Part shown: positions 34,881 through 37,270 of the stretch, piece by piece
Position numbering within the stretch: position 1 is the stretch's first letter
How the letters are laid out: each line of letters begins with the position of its first letter
Assembly: GCA_964412405.1 (NCBI GenBank)
Contig: CAYPOB010000003.1
Span: 1-37,270, forward strand
Origin: an uncultured Methanocellales archaeon
Lineage (GTDB): Archaea > Halobacteriota > UBA148 > JAJOKI01
Direction of reading: 5' to 3'
DNA length: 37,270 nucleotides
Program-made: the position numbers and the translations under genes
Notes under the pieces: model-generated
Database searches by the model: none
What the model saw: the letters and a program-made list of their open reading frames with translations, nothing else
What the model was told of the DNA's origin: nothing

Positions 34881-36098
34881 ATGGAAATCAATGTCGATCT
34901 CCATATCCATTCTAAATATTCGGCGGCAACCTCCAATCGCATGGATATGCAGACGCTGGCAAAAGAAGCGGCAAAAAAGGGCATCGATATCGTCGGAACG
35001 GGAGATTGTCTTCATCCAAAATGGCTGTCCGATATAAAAGCACTGGAACCTGTAGACGAGGGTACATTCGTTGTGAATGGCACACATTTTGTCCTGACTG
35101 GCGAGGTAGAGGACCTGAATCGGGTACATCATCTTTTGATACTCCCCTCGACCTCCAAGGCCGAGGAACTACATGAGCGTCTGGCAAAACATTCTAACGA
35201 TATACTATCGGAGGGACGGCCGAAGATATTCTTGAATGGAGAACAAATTGTGCAACACGCCATTGAGGTTGGCGCCCTCATAGGCCCCTGTCATGCGTTC
35301 ACGCCGTGGACTGCAATCTATGCGTATTTTGACCACATCTCTGACTGTTATGGTTCGATGACCGAGCATGTTTCTTTTGTCGAGCTCGGGTTGAGCGCGG
35401 ACTCCGATTGTGCTGATAGGATAAAAGAACTGGAGAGTCTCACGTTCCTGACTAACTCGGATGCACACTCACCCTGGCCGATACGGCTCGCAAGGGAATT
35501 TAATCGATTGAGAGTAGATGCACCGACGTTTGATGAACTCACGCAAGCCATCCTGCGCAAGAACGATCGAAAATTCGTCCTGAACGTCGGATTACCTCCT
35601 GAAGAAGGGAAATACAATGAGAGCGCCTGCATACGGTGCTACGAACATTATACACTTCGAGAATGCCTGATGAAAAAGTGGCGCTGTGAATGTGGAGGCA
35701 TTATTAAAAAAGGCGTGAAGGATCGGGTAAACGAGTTGGCAGACTACGAGGAGCCAAGGCATCCAGACCACCGTCCACCCTATCTTAAACTGATTCCGTT
35801 AGCCGAGATCATCGCAATGGCGCTTGGAGTTTCCGGGACAAACACCAGAGCGGTGCGGGAGGTGTGGGATGTGCTGATACACGCACTTGGCGACGAGGTT
35901 GCGGTTTTAGTCGATGCAGACATCGATCAGCTGGATATGGTAGACGAGTGCGTACGTGATGCCATCGGGCAGTTTAGAAAAGGACAGGTGATACTTCATC
36001 CAGGTGGAGGGGGGCAGTATGGACGAATCGAACTGCCCGGCGGCGAGCCAGCAAAGCAGAAGGAAGAGGTGCAGAGCGCTATTTTTGATTTTCAATAG
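34881..36098 (+). CDS. PHP-domain nuclease, Endonuclease Q-like
   Basis: It has an N-terminal DLHIHSKYS PHP motif, an internal Cys4 cluster (CIRC...CECG) and a length of 405 aa. The C-terminal end is QSAIFDF, which is PIP-like. The family call is from memory of the EndoQ architecture. Confidence 0.6.
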   Translation: MEINVDLHIHSKYSAATSNRMDMQTLAKEAAKKGIDIVGTGDCLHPKWLSDIKALEPVDEGTFVVNGTHFVLTGEVEDLNRVHHLLILPSTSKAEELHERLAKHSNDILSEGRPKIFLNGEQIVQHAIEVGALIGPCHAFTPWTAIYAYFDHISDCYGSMTEHVSFVELGLSADSDCADRIKELESLTFLTNSDAHSPWPIRLAREFNRLRVDAPTFDELTQAILRKNDRKFVLNVGLPPEEGKYNESACIRCYEHYTLRECLMKKWRCECGGIIKKGVKDRVNELADYEEPRHPDHRPPYLKLIPLAEIIAMALGVSGTNTRAVREVWDVLIHALGDEVAVLVDADIDQLDMVDECVRDAIGQFRKGQVILHPGGGGQYGRIELPGGEPAKQKEEVQSAIFDFQ

Positions 36099-36102
36099 GG
36101 GG

Positions 36103-36109
36103 TTTTTTT
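36103..36109 (+). terminator. oligo-T tract (T7) 5 nt after the EndoQ-like stop, candidate archaeal terminator
   Basis: TAGGGGGTTTTTTTGG is seen in sequence. Confidence 0.3.
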
Positions 36110-36294
36110 GGTGGTTCTATTCTTAAAGAAACATAACTACATTCACGACAAACTCACCAAACCTATTTTTCTTTTTTAAAGACTGTACCAGCTTCTATTT
36201 CTTTTAAAAGTTTTCTGTATCTCTCCTTTTCTGGCTTGGCCTTCATCAACAAAGGCTTTAACTAAGTTTTCAATTGCCTTTTTCATTATTTAAG

Positions 36295-37146
36295 TTATAA
36301 ATTCGACTTTTTAAATTTAATCTTAATAGCAGTTGGAAGATAGTTCTTCAAGATTGGAAGAGATAAAAGTACTGGATGAACTATTTTTACTATTCCCCTT
36401 GGAAATTCATAAACTTGAATATCAGAGACGCTTTCAATACTTGGAGACCATTTTTTCAAATTCATAAACTCATTCCTATTTATTCCCCAGGGCATCTTAG
36501 GAGTTATATAATATTTTGTCTTTGACCATCCCTTTTTTGACATGGTTTTTTTAGAAAGCCACTTTGGAATAACATCAAACATTAGATAACCTTCGCTAAA
36601 AGTCTCTACCATATCTTTAATAATAGACCTGACTTCTTCTTCTGGTAAATACATAAACAGCCCTTGAGCCGTAATAAAAACCGGCTTATCTTTCGGCACT
36701 AAATCAAACCACTTTCTATCTAAGGCAGAAACTGGACTATGTAAATACTGTTCAGTTGGTTTAATAAATTTTTCTCTAATAGCCATAGCATCGGGCAAGT
36801 CCACACTTACCCATAAGGCCTTATTTTTACCAATCCTATAACGTTGAGTTTCTAATCCTTCGCCAAGATTTATAATAGTACCGTCAGGATATTTTTCCAA
36901 AAAAGACCTAATTTCTTTATCAAACTTTATAGATCTTGAAGCGTGAGAGGGTTCAGCTTTCCCAAAAACTTTTTCATAATCAAAGTCTATCGCATTATAA
37001 ATCTCAACACATTTTTCATCTTTAATTATACCGTCGTTTCGCATTGCTTCAGTTGCTCTATTGTGTAATGTCCAAAGCATAGTTTCCGGAACATTTTTTA
37101 ATTGTGATTTAATTTTTTTCATCTTTCTTTTTGCTATATTCAACAA
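36295..37146 (-). CDS. SAM-dependent methyltransferase, TcmP / leucine carboxyl methyltransferase-like (COG3315-type)
   Basis: 283 aa with a TLHNRA...INLGEGLETQ...VDLP pattern resembling O-methyltransferases of this family. The gene is very AT-rich. The alternative start at 37122 (MKKIKSQ) would reduce overlap with the upstream ORF. Confidence 0.55.
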   Translation of the reverse strand: MLNIAKRKMKKIKSQLKNVPETMLWTLHNRATEAMRNDGIIKDEKCVEIYNAIDFDYEKVFGKAEPSHASRSIKFDKEIRSFLEKYPDGTIINLGEGLETQRYRIGKNKALWVSVDLPDAMAIREKFIKPTEQYLHSPVSALDRKWFDLVPKDKPVFITAQGLFMYLPEEEVRSIIKDMVETFSEGYLMFDVIPKWLSKKTMSKKGWSKTKYYITPKMPWGINRNEFMNLKKWSPSIESVSDIQVYEFPRGIVKIVHPVLLSLPILKNYLPTAIKIKFKKSNL

Positions 37147-37270
37147 AAATCCACCACCAAGATAATGATACGCCCGTTGACACTGCGGCTATTGCCCCTA
37201 TTGTAAATCTATCTAAATTAAAGATAGACCCCACAACATGGGCGACAAAAATTCCAATTCCCATTCCAAT
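37109..37270 (-). CDS. 3' end of a membrane-protein ORF running off the window
   Basis: The open frame from the window edge reads IGMGIGIFVAHVVGSIFNLDRFTIGAIAAVSTGVSLSWWWIFVEYSKKKDEKN*. It is hydrophobic and not in the ORF track because it is under 60 aa. Confidence 0.3.
   Translation of the reverse strand: MGMGIGIFVAHVVGSIFNLDRFTIGAIAAVSTGVSLSWWWIFVEYSKKKDEKN

Noticed and set aside
36176-36286. 36-codon minus-strand ORF (MKKAIENLVKAFVDEGQARKGEIQKTFKRNRSWYSL)
   Set aside because: It is too short, has no recognisable family or RBS, and lies in AT-rich DNA where such ORFs arise by chance.
1-37270. Scan of all spacers over 60 nt for tRNA, rRNA or other structured RNA genes, and for in-frame TGA/TAG recoding in the hydrogenase and other enzymes
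   Set aside because: No GC-rich cloverleaf-like segments were seen. The hydrogenase large subunit has Cys, not a stop codon, at the Ni-ligand positions. All long ORFs are uninterrupted except the Nudix gene.

Overview
Archaeal, euryarchaeote-like chromosomal segment; finer lineage cannot be assigned from the sequence alone. Both ends are housekeeping. The left end (1-10.8 kb) holds a HisA-like barrel, tmk, valS, pyrK-pyrD, an archaeosortase-psd-pssA operon, TFS, PCNA and PriL. The right end (30.8-36.1 kb) holds PriS, GINS, L44e, S27e, aIF2-alpha, Nop10, a PAC2-type proteasome chaperone and an EndoQ-like nuclease. The ~20 kb between PriL and PriS looks accessory and mosaic. It contains a visibly AT-rich bacterial-type dnaJ-dnaK-grpE locus. 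It also contains a 3.6-kb cytoplasmic [NiFe]-hydrogenase cassette: small and large subunits, a convergent maturation protease and a NikR-like remnant. That cassette is bracketed by sequence-identical 472/385-bp direct repeats made of the 5' end of grpE plus the grpE-copA intergenic region. The repeats end exactly at the copA start codon, which is the signature of a recent single-crossover (Campbell-type) integration. Downstream lie a Cu P-type ATPase, NikR and a translationally coupled 8-gene Nik/Opp-family ABC importer operon. That operon carries two paralogous lipoprotein binding proteins, an FmdE-domain Zn-ribbon protein and a SAM methyltransferase, a combination I cannot assign to a described system. 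Other observations: a Nudix gene broken by five clustered frame changes, each removable by skipping G residues; a 31-nt element shared by the dnaJ and grpE upstream regions; GTAACAC heptamer repeats upstream of the ABC operon. No rRNA, tRNA, CRISPR array, transposase or integrase was recognised. All composition statements are by eye, not computed.
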